A stretch of 64,000 nucleotides of DNA from NCBI GenBank assembly GCA_951406725.2, contig OX597814.1, forward strand, positions 150,536,001-150,600,000, written 5' to 3'. The stretch is from Octopus vulgaris. Lineage: Eukaryota. A program made the position numbers and the translations under genes. The notes beneath the pieces are model-generated. The model ran no database searches and had not been told where the DNA came from. It worked only from the letters and a program-made list of their open reading frames with translations. This document shows positions 24,472-37,412 of the stretch, piece by piece; the stretch's first letter is position 1, and the number at the start of each line of letters is the position of its first letter.

Positions 24472-25318
24472 ACGTACGCTCAGCATACCTGAAAACGACC
24501 ATGCAGGAATATGTTTTCCGAAGATTTGAAAACAGTAATATTGACTTGAAGCGAAGCCCCTCTTGGACCAGTGACCGCTACATCACATCATACGTCCTAG
24601 GCTTTCAATTTGCAATACAAGGACAGGAGATGATTACGAAATACCTAATAAACAAAAGAAATAGTGGAGCGCTTAGAGCTCCAAGCTGTGACCAAATATG
24701 TAGATAATGTCAAATTCTTGTACAAGGCATCTCATATGTGATTAGCAGCTGTCCAAAAATGTCCTCAAGATATCATTTGCCTATGCGACTCGACGTTGCT
24801 ACGAAAACAATATACAATGCAATTAGAATAAATATAGACCATCCCTCTGTTATTGAATACAAACACAAACATCAACACAAGGAGTACTGGTGGAACATTC
24901 CCATCAAAATATCTGTCGTGTATAAGCATAACAGGCCGGATGTTTTTGTTTGGACCGACAGATGGGAATATCGTTTGAATTTTCAAAGACAAAGTGGATA
25001 ACTATGGGCAACTGCTTCGAAGCCTCCAGCTTCTATATCCAGATTATAATTTCTTATTTACACCAGTAATAATTAGTTCACTTCGCTGTGACGATCTGGA
25101 TAAGCTAGGTTTTTTTCAGAATATTAAATCAACCAAATTTGCTCGCACATTACAAATGCAAGCCGTAAGTGGGACAGCAAAAATATGCAAGACTTTTCCC
25201 GTATAAAATGTGACATTGTTTTTTGTTAGCCACATTCCAACGATGGGGCTTTATATCTTTGTTGGAGACCATCTCCTTCCACTGAGGAAGAATTTAGATA
25301 ATCAAAAACAGAAGGGGA
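24472..25318 (+). mobile_element. RLE-type (R4/Dong-like) LINE 3' fragment embedded in (CATA)n
   Basis: FAIQGQE, CR*C...ISSC zinc knuckle, EYWWN...HNRPDVFVW, Y..L...LQLLYP and LQMQAVSGTAKICK. Both flanks are (CATA)n. Confidence 0.75.
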
Positions 25319-26060
25319 CATACATACATACCATACATACATACATACATACATACATACATACATACATACATACATACATACATACATACATACATAC
25401 ATACATACATACATACACACATACATACATACACACAAGTGTATTTACGGACTCGTTGATCGACATATAAATGCATTGCTATGTAATTATTTCCAGTGAC
25501 ATTATGACGATTTACGTTGCATGTTAATACAAAATTTCCTTCGCAAACTCGATTTCACACGCATTGTAATTTGCCACTAATACGTAAGTTCTCATAAATA
25601 CATTTATATCGTTTATCATATATCAATAAATCTATCTCATATCGATATTAAGAGTTCCGCATGCTACATATATGTTGGCTAATATATATCACGTACATAT
25701 GCACATACATTAATGTTCACACATTCATAGATATACACGCGTGCGCACATATCTATGTATACAGACACATACGCACATTGGCATATGAGTTCGTGTGTCG
25801 AGTGAACTATATTGACAGCTTTTCCTTTAGTCTTTTGCTTGTTTCAGTAAGTAGACTGTAGCCATACTGAGGCACCGCCTTCAAGAAATTTAGTCGAAAG
25901 AATCGACACAAGTATTTGCTTTTTTATTTTAAAGGGTAGTACTTATTCTATCGGTCTCTTTAACAGAACCGCGAACTTGCGAGGATGTAAACACATCAAC
26001 AGCAGAGCTGGGGGACACAGACAGAGACATAATCTGCGTACATATATGCTTGTATATATG

Positions 26061-26100
<40 letters not shown>

Positions 26101-26179
26101 GGTGTCTTCTACTATACCGTCGGACCGACCAAAGCCTTGCCAGTAGATTTGGTAGACGGAAACTGAAAGAAGCCCGTCG

Positions 26180-26210
<31 letters not shown>

Positions 26211-26555
26211 GTATATATATGTGTGTGTGTGTGTGTGCGCGCGTCTGTGTTTGTCCCACCAACATCGCTTGACAACCGATACTGGTGTGTTTACGTCCGT
26301 GTAACTTAGCGGTTTGGCAAAAGAGTCCGATAGAATTAGTACTTCATTTACAAAGAATATGTCCTGGGGTCAATTTGTTCCGACTAAAGGCGGTGCTTCA
26401 GCTTGGCCGCAGTCAGATGACTGAAAAACAAGTAAAAGAATACAAGTATAAGAGAATATATATATATATTATATTAAATCATATTACATACATATATATA
26501 TTTACATAAATACATATCCACGCACGCACACACACACACACACACAAACACACAA

Positions 26556-26619
<64 letters not shown>

Positions 26620-27807
26620 GCATGTATACACATATGTAGATACGCACACATATGTGTGGTGTGTATGTGTATGTGCAGTTCTTCAAATAAATGTTTGCGC
26701 TCTTTTGTCATTTTAGTAAATCAGTATTTATTGCTTCTTCTAAGCATTATTTGTAGTGACCAACATCTAAATAAGTTAATGAGTAGGTAAAGATAATCTC
26801 GTTGGATTCTTCAGAAGTAACAGTAAGACAACTTGTTCTGGCGTGGAATTTGTGACAAAATGGATTTTTAATTCTCTTGAGTGTATTCTGTGAAAATCAT
26901 ATGTGAAATCTAAATGAGAGATATCTGTCCTAACAGGTTACCGATGGCATTTCAATTAGTTACTATCTTCTTAGTTAGATGTTACTTGTATACGGATCTT
27001 TCAAAGAAAGAAAATATTAATGAGAATTCTTTAGTATACGATTCATGTCTTCCTCTAATTAGTCCATTTTCTTTTCATTATCTTATAGCCATATGTTTAA
27101 AGGAAGAAAATCATTTGCAATTAGTCTCATTCTCTATCCTTTTTATGTGTAATCTCTCAGGTTATCTGACTGATTGTTTGTCTATCTCTTCTCTTGTACA
27201 CACACATATACATACACGCACACTCACATACATATATATGTGTGTGTATGTGTGTGTGTCTCAGTATATATATATATATATATAATTTGAGCAGTGTCAA
27301 TCGATTTCTCTGTAAACACGTACTATACATAAGCTGTTATTGCCGTTTGTTTTTAGCCACCATTCAGCCGCATCGAAATAAGTATATGAACAACGGTATT
27401 TCAGCAGTGACAATCCAAATGATTTTCCAAGCAAAGTTTACCCCATATTACAGTATTGAATACTTTTGAGTTTTCTTTATTAAGAAGAAACAATGGGTAT
27501 TACCTGAGAGGTGGTTTAGAGCAACTATGTTGGAACACCTTCTTTGGTTCAGCTATACATTAGCACTGCAATCTGGTATTAGATAATGAAAATGTTTCGT
27601 TGCTTAACCACACTGATATAAGACTCCATTTACAAAAAATAGTGGGGAAGCAGTGATTTGATAAAGATAGGAAAATTTGAAATCGAGCAAAGAAAGATCC
27701 AAGATTAACTTGGCCACAGAGTAACAAAAATACAAATCCTCAACTTTGAAATGGGTTGGAAACTCAGGTTGTAAACTCTTCATTAAGTTTTGCTGAAAGT
27801 GACTTAC

Positions 27808-29153
27808 TAGTTTGCAGTGGTGCAACGAAAACTTTGACGCCCTAAACGATAAATTAATACTAAATTTAAGGATTTTTGTGTGCATTTACATGGCTACAAT
27901 ATATCGTACATAAGGCGGCGAGCTTGCAGAATCGTTATCAGGTCAGAATAATTACTTAGCGTCATTTTTCTCGATTGTACTTCGGCCGATTTGAACCGAT
28001 GGGTTCAAATTCGGCCAAAGTCGTCTTTGCCTTTCTTCCTTTCGGTGTCGATAAAATAAGTACCAGTTGAGCACTGGAGTTGACATAATCGACTTACCCC
28101 TTCCCACGAAACTACTGATCTTGAAAGTAAATTTGAAAGCAAACTGTATCTTACACGATATAATCGCTTCATTTGGCCGGACAAGTACAACTCCGAACAC
28201 TTATGCGCTTACTAAAAGAGAAAAAAATCAAACTAGGCATCGGAATCAAGAATTATTCTGGAATAGCGCAGGCATGGTTATTTGGTCCAGAAGCTCGCTT
28301 TGCAATCGAATAGTTTCAAGTTTAGTCCCATTGCGTGGCACCTTGGGCAAGTGGCTTCAATGGATCCCGGGTGACCAATGCCCTCTGAGTAAATATCGTT
28401 AACAGAAACTGTATGGAAGCCCATCGTGTGTGTGTGTGTTGATATATAAACATACATACATACATACATATATACATACATACATACATACATACATACA
28501 TACATACACACACACGCAGGCACGCACGCATGCATAAATACATACATACATACATACATACGTACATACATACATACATAAAAATATACATACATACATA
28601 AGGAACTCTCGTGACTCAAAAAGTATTGTCGCTTTGCGGATGACAGACATGAACTCTCGGAAGAACTTAATAAAACTCAAAGAAAAACCATACAAAAATG
28701 CATACATACATACATGTGAGCGTCTGTCTATGGTTTTATGTTTGTTCCCCAGCATCGATTGATCACCGGACGTAGTTTATTACAGCTTCGTAAATTTAGC
28801 AAGCTCGGCAAAAGAGACGGATTGAATAAGTTGTAGACTCGTGAACAATGAGCACTGGGACTGATTTGTTCGACTGTAAACTTTCAAAACGGTGCTCCAG
28901 CATGGCAGCAGTTTATTGACTGAAACAAATAAAAGATAAACGATAACAGAAGCAATACATAAAATACATAATTCTTCACATACACACCTATATAATTTAA
29001 TTTTCACCTTTAATTTGCAGTTAAGTGTTGTAAGTGTGTTGTGTATGGAAGCGCTTACCTGTGATTCAAAACAGAAACGCCCAATAATAAAATTCTCGTA
29101 AATGAGCAACCAAAGGAGTACTTCAAAGCAACTTTCATATTATTTACCATTAT
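27808..29153 (-). CDS. Candidate two-exon host gene start (exons 29059-29153 and 27808-27841)
   Basis: Splice signals ctgtctcactag| ... CAG|gtaagc and tatcgtttag| ... CTA|gtaagt. Phases are compatible and give MVNNMKVALKYSFGCSFTRILLLGVSVLNHR-ASKFSLHHCKL. Confidence 0.3.
27912..28125 (+). mobile_element. tRNA-derived SINE family A copy
   Basis: Head GGCGGCGAGCTTGCAGAATCGTT, B-box GGTTCAAATTC, core ...TCCTTTCGGTGTCGATAAAATAAGTACCAG. Confidence 0.75.
28265..28940 (+). mobile_element. SINE family B copy (CORE-like, internal microsatellite) with a ~100-bp insert in its (CATA)n
   Basis: GCGTGGCACCTTGGGCAAGTG CORE-like box and tail CGGTGCTCCAGCATGG...GACTGAAACA. Insert at 28601-28700. Confidence 0.75.
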
Positions 29154-29555
29154 CTAGTGAGACAGATGAAAGTTATTCATAATCCAAATGTGCATATAGT
29201 TGCTTGTAGATACGTATATACTACATGTACAAACAGTTGTATTTATATATATATATAAATATAGATATGCATATTCACGAACACATATCTATGCATACAC
29301 ACACAATACATCACACTCAAACACACATACACACATACATGCACTAGCATACATACATATATTTATGTATACTCAGAGTTAGATTAGCGAGAGGGAGAGA
29401 GTAGCGGAGAGAGAATATTGTATCGCAAAAGCATTCATTTGTTAATTATTAGAAATTAGTATTCTTCTTTGAAGAATAGCAGATACTGTGACAATGCAAC
29501 ATCGCAATTATTAAGTTGTGAAACTATAAAATGCGCAAAATTGCAAACATTCTTA

Positions 29556-29619
<64 letters not shown>

Positions 29620-29695
29620 AATATATATATATATATATTAATTTATTATTACTGTATCAACCCGGGACCTATATATATATATATATATATATGTG

Positions 29696-30035
29696 AAGGC
29701 GCATGGCTCAGTGGTTAGAGCGTCGAGCTTACGATCGTGAGGTTGTGAGCTCGAATCCCGGACCGGGCTGCGTGTTGTGTTCTTGAGCAAGGCACTTTAT
29801 TTCACGTTGCTCCAGTTCACTCAACTGTAGAAATGAGTTGCGACGTCACAGGTGCCAAGCTGTATTGGCCTTTGTCTTTCCCTTGGATAACACTGGTGGC
29901 GTGGAGAGGGGAGGCCGGTATGCATGGGCGACTGCTGGTCTTCCATAAACAACCTTGCCCGGACTTGTGTCTAGGAGGGTAACTTTCTAGGTGCAATCCC
30001 ATGGTCATTCATGACCGAAGGGGGTCTTTACCCTT

Positions 30036-30036
<1 letters not shown>
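29696..30036 (+). mobile_element. tRNA-derived SINE family D, full length, inserted in (TA)n
   Basis: A-box TGGCTCAGTGG, B-box-like GCTCGAATCCC, CORE-like GTGTTCTTGAGCAAGGCACTT. Ends GGGGGTCTTTACCCTTTA. Confidence 0.8.
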
Positions 30037-30420
<384 letters not shown>

Positions 30421-31416
30421 TACTCTTTTACTCTTTTACTCTTTTACTTGTTTCAGCCATCCGGCTGAGGCCATGCTGGGGCACCGCCCTTGTTGCTACC
30501 CTCTCTAAGTCCAGTCTGCCGTGGCTGGCCACTGATCTAAGAGAGAGTTTGTAGCTGCTGCCCTTAGGTTACCTTCGTACCTTGCAGTGGGTTCATCTGG
30601 GATCCCGGAAAGCAGCTTGTCTAGATGTTTTTTGAAAATGTCCACATCCGCATCATGTAGATCTCTTAGTTTTCTTGGCAGTTTGTTGAAAAGCTGAGGG
30701 CCCCTGAACCCCAGGCTATTACAGTATCTGCTCCTTACCCTGGATGTGGAAGACGGGACCTTTGGCACCACACAGTGACGTCCTGTACGGGGATTGGAAC
30801 AGCTCTCAATTCCAAAATTTGGTGCTAGTCCCTCCAGGATTTTCGATATGTATATCACTGCATATCTCTCTCGTCTTCGTTCCAAGGAGTACAAATTGAG
30901 TTCCCTAAGCCTCTCCCAATAGTTCTTTTCTTTCATGGTGGAAATCCTCTTGGTGAAATGTCTTTGGATTGTCTCAAGCTCTGTGGTTAGTTTGACACTA
31001 TGCGGTGACCACAGTTGGGAGCAGTAGTCCAGGCGGCTTAGGACAAATGTCCTCCATAGTGTCAACATGGTCTCGCAGTCTCTTGTCCGGAATGTCCTCA
31101 GGATCCAGCCAGTGAGTCGTCTGCACATTGTCGCCACCTTCGCGATGTGTGAAGAAAAAGATGCATCGTCACTCATGTCTATCCCCAGGTCCCGTATTGA
31201 TTTCGATACTGGGATTTCGATCCCTCCTGGACCAGTATAGTTGTGTTGTAATGTATATGTGTTTACAGCTTGATATTGTAAGGCTTGAAGTTTGCCAGCA
31301 TTAAATTGCATGTTGTTGTCTTCAGCCCATTTGTATATGGCATCCAGATCTTGTTGTAAAAGGTCAGCATCAGCTGGGTTTTTGATTGCCTGTGCTACCT
31401 TTGTGTCATCAGCATA
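30421..31416 (-). mobile_element. CR1-clade LINE, 5'-truncated at YADD, with an intact C-terminal ORF and 3' tail
   Basis: YADDTK...LQQDLD...IRDLGI...[10 protein letters not shown]...[20 protein letters not shown]. Tail GGCGGTGCCCCAGCATGG..GAAACAA(GTAAAAGA)n. Confidence 0.92.
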
Positions 31417-31671
31417 AATATATATACATAAATATATATATATAAATATATATATATACATAAATATATATATATAAATATATATATATACATAAATATA
31501 TATATATAAATATATATATACATAAATATATATATACATAAATATATATATATATGTATATATGTATCTATATGCATGTTTATATATACATGTATGTATA
31601 TGCATGTATATATATGTATGTATGTATGTATGTATATATATATGTATATATGTATATGTATGTATGCGTCT

Positions 31672-31790
31672 TGTAAAGGTTGCAAGACGCAACGAAAATT
31701 TTAGAAAAATAAAGAAGGAAATGAGAGGAAATTTTACCAGTAGGTGTGTTAATTTATAAGGCACTAAAAGAGAATGACTCTCTCCAGACA
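31672..31790. repeat. ~120-bp dispersed repeat, copy 2
   Basis: Matches 567-686. Confidence 0.75.
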
Positions 31791-31795
31791 CAATA

Positions 31796-31835
<40 letters not shown>

Positions 31836-31928
31836 GCATGTGTGAGTATGTATATGTATATATGCGTAAATATGTATATGTATTTATGTGATACATATAT
31901 ATATATATATATTATATATATATACATA

Positions 31929-32862
31929 CTTGTTTACCCGGCGTTGCCCGGTTGATTGCGGTCTTATTCAGAACAGTAAACAATAAATATGAAGGACCCG
32001 GTTTTACTCGGGTTATAAACTCATAGGCTTAACACTACTGTTTGCCTATAGTGTGAGGATAGTGTATTTCTCAGAAAGTAATCCTTACTTTTAATACTCA
32101 ATAGCTCTATACTTCTGTACATTACATGCATATACTATTCATGTAAATGCTTCGTCATATATTGTGTTTTCTGTCTTGCCATGTGTATCACTGAGCATGT
32201 ATAAGTTCTTTTCATGTCGAAGTCTGGGACATCCAACATACAGCTGACCATGTGAGAAGGTTGGTTGAAGGAGATTACATTCTACTACCTATTGTCAGTA
32301 TGGTCAATCCCGTTACTTACATTATTTCTACTATTACTACAGTTAAAAATTTTAAATTTTTCTGTATATCCCGCCTTCTCTGATGCGAAATTATAAAAGT
32401 CCTCATTTAGTTTAAATACTTCCTCCTTCGCTGAAAGTTTAGTAATGCGGATTTATATATTTTTCACTATAGTTCGGGTTATACATTATGGGTGATTGCA
32501 ATTTTTATGAATGTATTAAGTTTATGATAAGGCCTGTATATACTTGTACTGAGATCCAAACCGACATCAAGAAAGTTAATTGAGTTATGCTCCTCTTCTA
32601 CTGATATTGTCCTATATTTTTAAAAATTCTAAAATGTTTTACCTATATTTTTCTATACCCCGGTTTGAGGGTTTAACAGGGTGAAAAGTGCATCGTCCCT
32701 GTATAGATCCCCTCCTATTTCAGTGAGTTCCTTACACACGCAGAATAAAATGTATATCCCTAATAAATATATTACCTGTGTAGAGTCTGTCAATCTCATA
32801 GTTATATCAAACAATTTTGGTCAATCCTTTTTTACCCTGTACTTTCCCTCAAATTTTATAGA
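31929..32862 (-). mobile_element. Helitron relic, internally deleted
   Basis: Pif1 helicase motif FSHGQLYVGCPRL on the minus strand near 32215-32260. 3' hairpin CCGGGCAACGCCGGG then CAAG (a CTAG variant). 5' end TCTATAAAA. Confidence 0.7.
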
Positions 32863-33006
32863 ATGTGTGTATATATATATATATATGTACAAATACACAC
32901 CCACACCCTCAGAGAAAGGTAGCTACAGAGGCTGATACATAAATACATACAACCATATATATATATATATACATTCTATATTTAAGAGATGAGGAATTCT
33001 GTGTAT

Positions 33007-33249
33007 ATTATTTACATTATTTCAATTGATGGATATTTGTCCTCATCTTGATGTTGTTAACACAACATTTCGGCTGTCATACTCTCCAGCCTTTATTAGG
33101 TGTCTTAGGGAAATTTCGAACCTGGGTTATCATTCCTCAGGTACGTTTCGATGTTTGCTATTATTATTATTATTATTTCAGCCGAAATGTTGTGTTAACA
33201 ACAAACAAAGATGAGAACAAATATCCGTCAATTGTAAATAATGTAAATA
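33007..33249. repeat. Inverted-repeat element (arms 33007-33077 and 33178-33249), PLE pLTR-like
   Basis: Arms of ~70 bp are reverse complements around a spacer containing (ATT)n. Confidence 0.75.
33059..33104 (-). ncRNA. Decayed type-I hammerhead motif
   Basis: GACAC-CTAATAA-A-GGCTG [10 nt] CAGCC-GAAA-TG-TT-GTGTT. The geometry is intact but the core has two G>A changes. Confidence 0.45.
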
Positions 33250-33299
33250 GTATATATACGCGTGCGTGAATGTATGTACATATATGCATAAATATGTAT

Positions 33300-34690
33300 A
33301 CTTTGATAGGTTTCGGCCAGTATTGGCCTTGGCCATGTCTAACTTAGTAGCACCACCTGGCAAAGTCATTCAAATCAAGAATCGGACAACATGGTCCGCT
33401 CGAGGAGAGAGTTATTGTTTATCGAGACATATCTGCGTGCAGGAGGTTTATCCGGAATTTTTATAAGGAATTTGTCCAAAGACATCTTGAACCTTATGGG
33501 GAGGGGACCAATTGAGGTGAAATAAATGCGCATTATTGTTGTTATGTGATCCTAGAATGATTATTGTTATGGGCGGATAGCACGGGGTCCACGTCTTGGG
33601 TGTATCTTAAAGGCGATGCCAACATCATTTGGGTAATACTGATGGGATATTTTTCCACATCATGCAAATGATGTAGCGCTCACAGCTGCGTTGGAGAGAA
33701 TAAAGATTGAACTTTTCTAGTCGACCCCAATAGTCAAGGCCTGTCATGCCATCAATCTTCTTTGTAATTGACCTTTGAGGTGCTTCAATTTCCATGATAG
33801 TTTGTTTTGTGTGGGAAGACCACAATTGACAACAGTATTTAAAGTGGGGTCGGGAAAAAGTAGAGAAGAGAAGGAGGATAGTGGTGTGGATATCTCTCGG
33901 CTGGAAAGTTTGAGAATCCAGGAACACATTCTGTGGGCCATATCAACTTTGCTGTTTATATAAGCGGCCCAGTTTATGCTGTTGTCCACAATTACTCCCA
34001 AGTCTCTGATGTTGTTGAATACCAAGAGAGTTTCACTTGAAGGAAGGGAGTATAGGAAATTCAGGGTATCCTCTTTTCCGAAGTGGATTGTTCTCGTTCA
34101 GCAGCATATTATTCTTTTCCGCCCCTTGGATGACAGCCAGCAGATCTGACTGAAGTCATGCCCGTTCACCCACTTCATTGATGACCTTCTGGATCTTGGA
34201 ATCATCTGCAAAGATTCTTATGTTACTGAACTTGATGATGTCAGTAATATCATTGATGTAGACGATGAAAAGAAGTGGGCCCAACACAGTGCTTTGTGGG
34301 ACACCACTACTGACTTTGGTTGGGCTTGATTTTACTCCTTCGACTACAACGTGTTTATTTCTGCCTGTCAGGAAACACTTGATCCATTGTATTGTAGTAA
34401 CTTTCCAGAGACACCAATGTGGGACAGTTTTTTTCAAGAGGATTTTATGATCCACCCTGTCAAATGCCTTGCCGAAATCGAGGTAGATGATATTAGTAAG
34501 CGAGCCCTCTCCCAAAGCTCTCAAAATGTCATCAAGGTGATTCATGGGCCCAGGATTGGGTTCAACACTGGGGTCTACCGAAACTAACAGGGCTGACAAA
34601 ACAACTGTGAGACGGAATGCAAAAGCTGTAATTTACATTACGATTTTCCTTAGACACCTGGCTGCTTTGGTGACTTCCAGATTTTCTATA
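33300..34690 (-). mobile_element. CR1-clade LINE (second subfamily), degenerate RT plus 3' tail
   Basis: IYLDFGKAFDRVDH, SGVPQSTVLGPLLF, FADDSK, IRDLGV and YWGRLEKFNLYSLQR. Tail GGTGGTGC...CATGGCC..GGCCAATACTGGCCGAAAC. Confidence 0.9.
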
Positions 34691-34747
34691 TGTTCCAATT
34701 CTTATGCTGTGTACCATAAAATCAATAATCTCAATCTACTTGATTTT

Positions 34748-34928
34748 TATATTTTAAAAAAGGATTGACGTAATTCTTCACAAAGGTAAACAGTCAAGAC
34801 GAAGAGCGAAAGACAGACGTACTGTTGAAATATCGTTCAACTAATAAAATATCTTACAATCGAATCGCGCTTTTCGTCTTGACTGTTTACCTTTGTGAAG
34901 AGTTACGTCAATCCTTTTATAGAATATA
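34748..34928. mobile_element. Foldback MITE with ~50-60 bp TIRs
   Basis: AAAAGGATTGACGTAATTCTTCACAAAGGTAAACAGTCAAGACGAAGAGCG recurs as a near-perfect reverse complement ending at 34918. Confidence 0.8.
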
Positions 34929-34946
34929 ATAATAATAATAATAATG

Positions 34947-35001
<55 letters not shown>

Positions 35002-35063
35002 TGATAATAATAATAATAATAATGATAATGATGATAATAGTAATAATAATAATGATAATGATG

Positions 35064-35101
<38 letters not shown>

Positions 35102-35117
35102 GATGATAATAATAATA

Positions 35118-35149
<32 letters not shown>

Positions 35150-35165
35150 GAAGAAGAAGAAGAAG
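34926..35165 (+). repeat. (TAA/TGA)n-(GAA)n compound microsatellite
   Basis: Direct observation. Confidence 0.95.
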
Positions 35166-35410
35166 AAGGATGGAAAATGAAGAAAATGAATATAGTGCCA
35201 AATATAGTGTCGGCCCTTTGGGAACAGTATCAGAAAGTATAAAGGATAATATAAAGGAAACTGGGAGAGGGTGCTCAATAGAACAATTACAAAAGGTTTG
35301 CCTTATTGGCACTGCTAGAATAATCAGGAAAGTATTAGATACCTGAAAAGAACGGATGGCATGCAAGACTCCAGGAGCTCCAACCAAACCTATGCTGAAG
35401 AAAAAAAAAA
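35162..35410 (+). mobile_element. R4/Dong-like LINE 3' end in (TAA)n
   Basis: W.MKK..IVP..V.ALGTV...EQLQKVCLIGTARIIRKVLD*, followed by a TAA repeat. Confidence 0.8.
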
Positions 35411-36059
35411 TAATAATAATGATGACGTGTCAATTTATATTCTGTATAATACTTCAGTAATATTTTTACTAGTTAATCGATGTTGAAACATTTGTAGTGT
35501 TATGCAATAAATCGTGTAGCTCTATTCGTCAATTCAATTTCGACTATTCATATCGAGGAGCGTGGCTTGCCGTTTTGCACTCATGATAGTAAGATTGTAG
35601 TTTCGATTCATCGACTGGGCGATACGTTGTATTATTAATCAAGACTCTGCATTTTACGCTGCTCAAGTCCAAGTAGAAGGCAAAAATTAATAATCTTGCC
35701 ATGGACTAGCATTCTGTCCAACGTTGGACTATATACGTCACAGAATCTGGAAAACAGGCTTATAAACCTACGGCTCAGCGAGAACCTTTCATTTTTATAA
35801 ATATATGTATCTATGTATGTTTGTGGGTATGTCTGTGTGCATGTATGTATGCATGTATGTCTATGTTTTATGTGCACCAGGTTGGGTCAAAAGTTTTTTT
35901 TTTAGATTTTCATTGTTAATTCTTTATTTCACGACGGCTTCTTATTTTCTGAATCAGCTTGTTACATCGTTCATTGCCCTGGTTCGTCTCTATCTCTTCT
36001 CCCATAACCCTCAGTGGGTTTCATCTCCCAGGCCCGCACTTAGCACGCCACCAAGAGTA

Positions 36060-36250
36060 TCGATACGTAGTCACTCATATGGCTAGCTATATTAGCTGAA
36101 TCACCATCAAAGCACACAGTACTGGATTCCACTGGTAATGTAGTTCTGGCTTTCTCTGTACATAGTAAAATGAGTGGATGGTCCCAGTTGGAATGCCTTT
36201 GATCTTAAGTTTGCTAAACCAGGGTCAAGCTGGGGCTAAACAAACAACAA
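36060..36250 (+). mobile_element. Old SINE-like family C, representative copy (others near 12.3, 13.0, 13.5, 39.1, 54.0, 55.5, 59.35 and 59.7 kb)
   Basis: Recurrent decayed motif GGTCA..CGAC.TGCTAGAAATAGCAGCCAAATCT...GGATGGTC...GGAATGCCTTTGATC...CTGGGGCTAAACAACAAC. Confidence 0.55.
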
Positions 36251-36312
36251 TTTTAGTACGTCTACCACTACAACACAAAGAACCAAAACACAAGAAGAAA
36301 AAAACCACTTTA

Positions 36313-36655
36313 TTATTAACCCTCCTTACTGATATATCTTGATAACATTATTAATCCTCTTTACTGATTTATACCTTGATAACATTATTAATCCTCTTTA
36401 CTGTTTTATACCTTGATAACATTATTAATCCTTTTTACTGATTTATACCTTGATGACATTATTAATCCTCTTTACTGATTTATACCTTGATAACATTATT
36501 AATCCTCTTTACTGATTTATACCTTGATAACATTATTAATCCTCTTTACTGATTTATACCTTGATAACATTATTAATCCTCTTTACTGATTTATACCTTG
36601 ATAACATTATTAATCCTCTTTACTGATTTATACCTTGATAACATTATTAATCCAC
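36313..36655 (+). repeat. 37-bp minisatellite, about 9 copies
   Basis: Unit TTATTAATCCTCTTTACTGATTTATACCTTGATAACA. Confidence 0.95.
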
Positions 36656-37089
36656 TTTCCAAAAACTTATTAAAACCAAGATCCTAGACAATTTATCAAA
36701 ATAAATAGACAAAATACATTCCCTTACACCCCTAAAAGCAACTTTCAAAAACTTCAACCTTATTAACCTGAAAACCATTATAAACCAAAAAACGTAAGTC
36801 CCACTTTGACTCATAATTTAAAAAGTGATATAATAATTCCTATTAATACAACTACAATTTATAAACTACCATGTAACCGAATAAGTCTCACCAACAATGA
36901 TAACACTAAAGCGGCCCCACAAACCCTAAAAACAACCATCACAATAATTAAATATAAATTCAAACTAATTACACCCAAAGAAAAAATTTATATATATATA
37001 TACATATACATATAAAGAACCTTCAAAGTCAGCACTTCAAAACCTAATAAAATATGTTTTTCACTGAAACAAATAAAACAATATCCCCC

Positions 37090-37142
<53 letters not shown>

Positions 37143-37321
37143 CGTATGTATGTATGTATGTATATAGAATATGGGGTCGGGTTAGCTCACTGGTGATCTA
37201 AACGAATCCGTTAGTTTCCAAGTTCACAGCTGAGGCTGGAACTAGGGATCTGTAGTCGCCTTTCGGGTTAGCAGCTGTTTATTAGAGGGAAAAGGACAAC
37301 AATCTTTTTTTTCCTCTAGTA

Positions 37322-37412
<91 letters not shown>

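Noticed and set aside
29696-29770. tRNA gene
   Set aside because: It has A and B boxes but no closed cloverleaf, and it continues into a SINE body.
30505-31896. 463-aa ORF as a full protein
   Set aside because: The N-terminal third is translated (TA)n microsatellite plus a dispersed repeat. Only the part from YADD onward is CR1 RT.
36313-36655. CRISPR-like array (37-bp repeats)
   Set aside because: The units are contiguous with no unique spacers, there are no cas genes, and the context is eukaryotic. It is a minisatellite.
37163-37260. tRNA-like head GGGTTAGCTCACTGG
   Set aside because: Only an A-box is present, with no B-box or cloverleaf.
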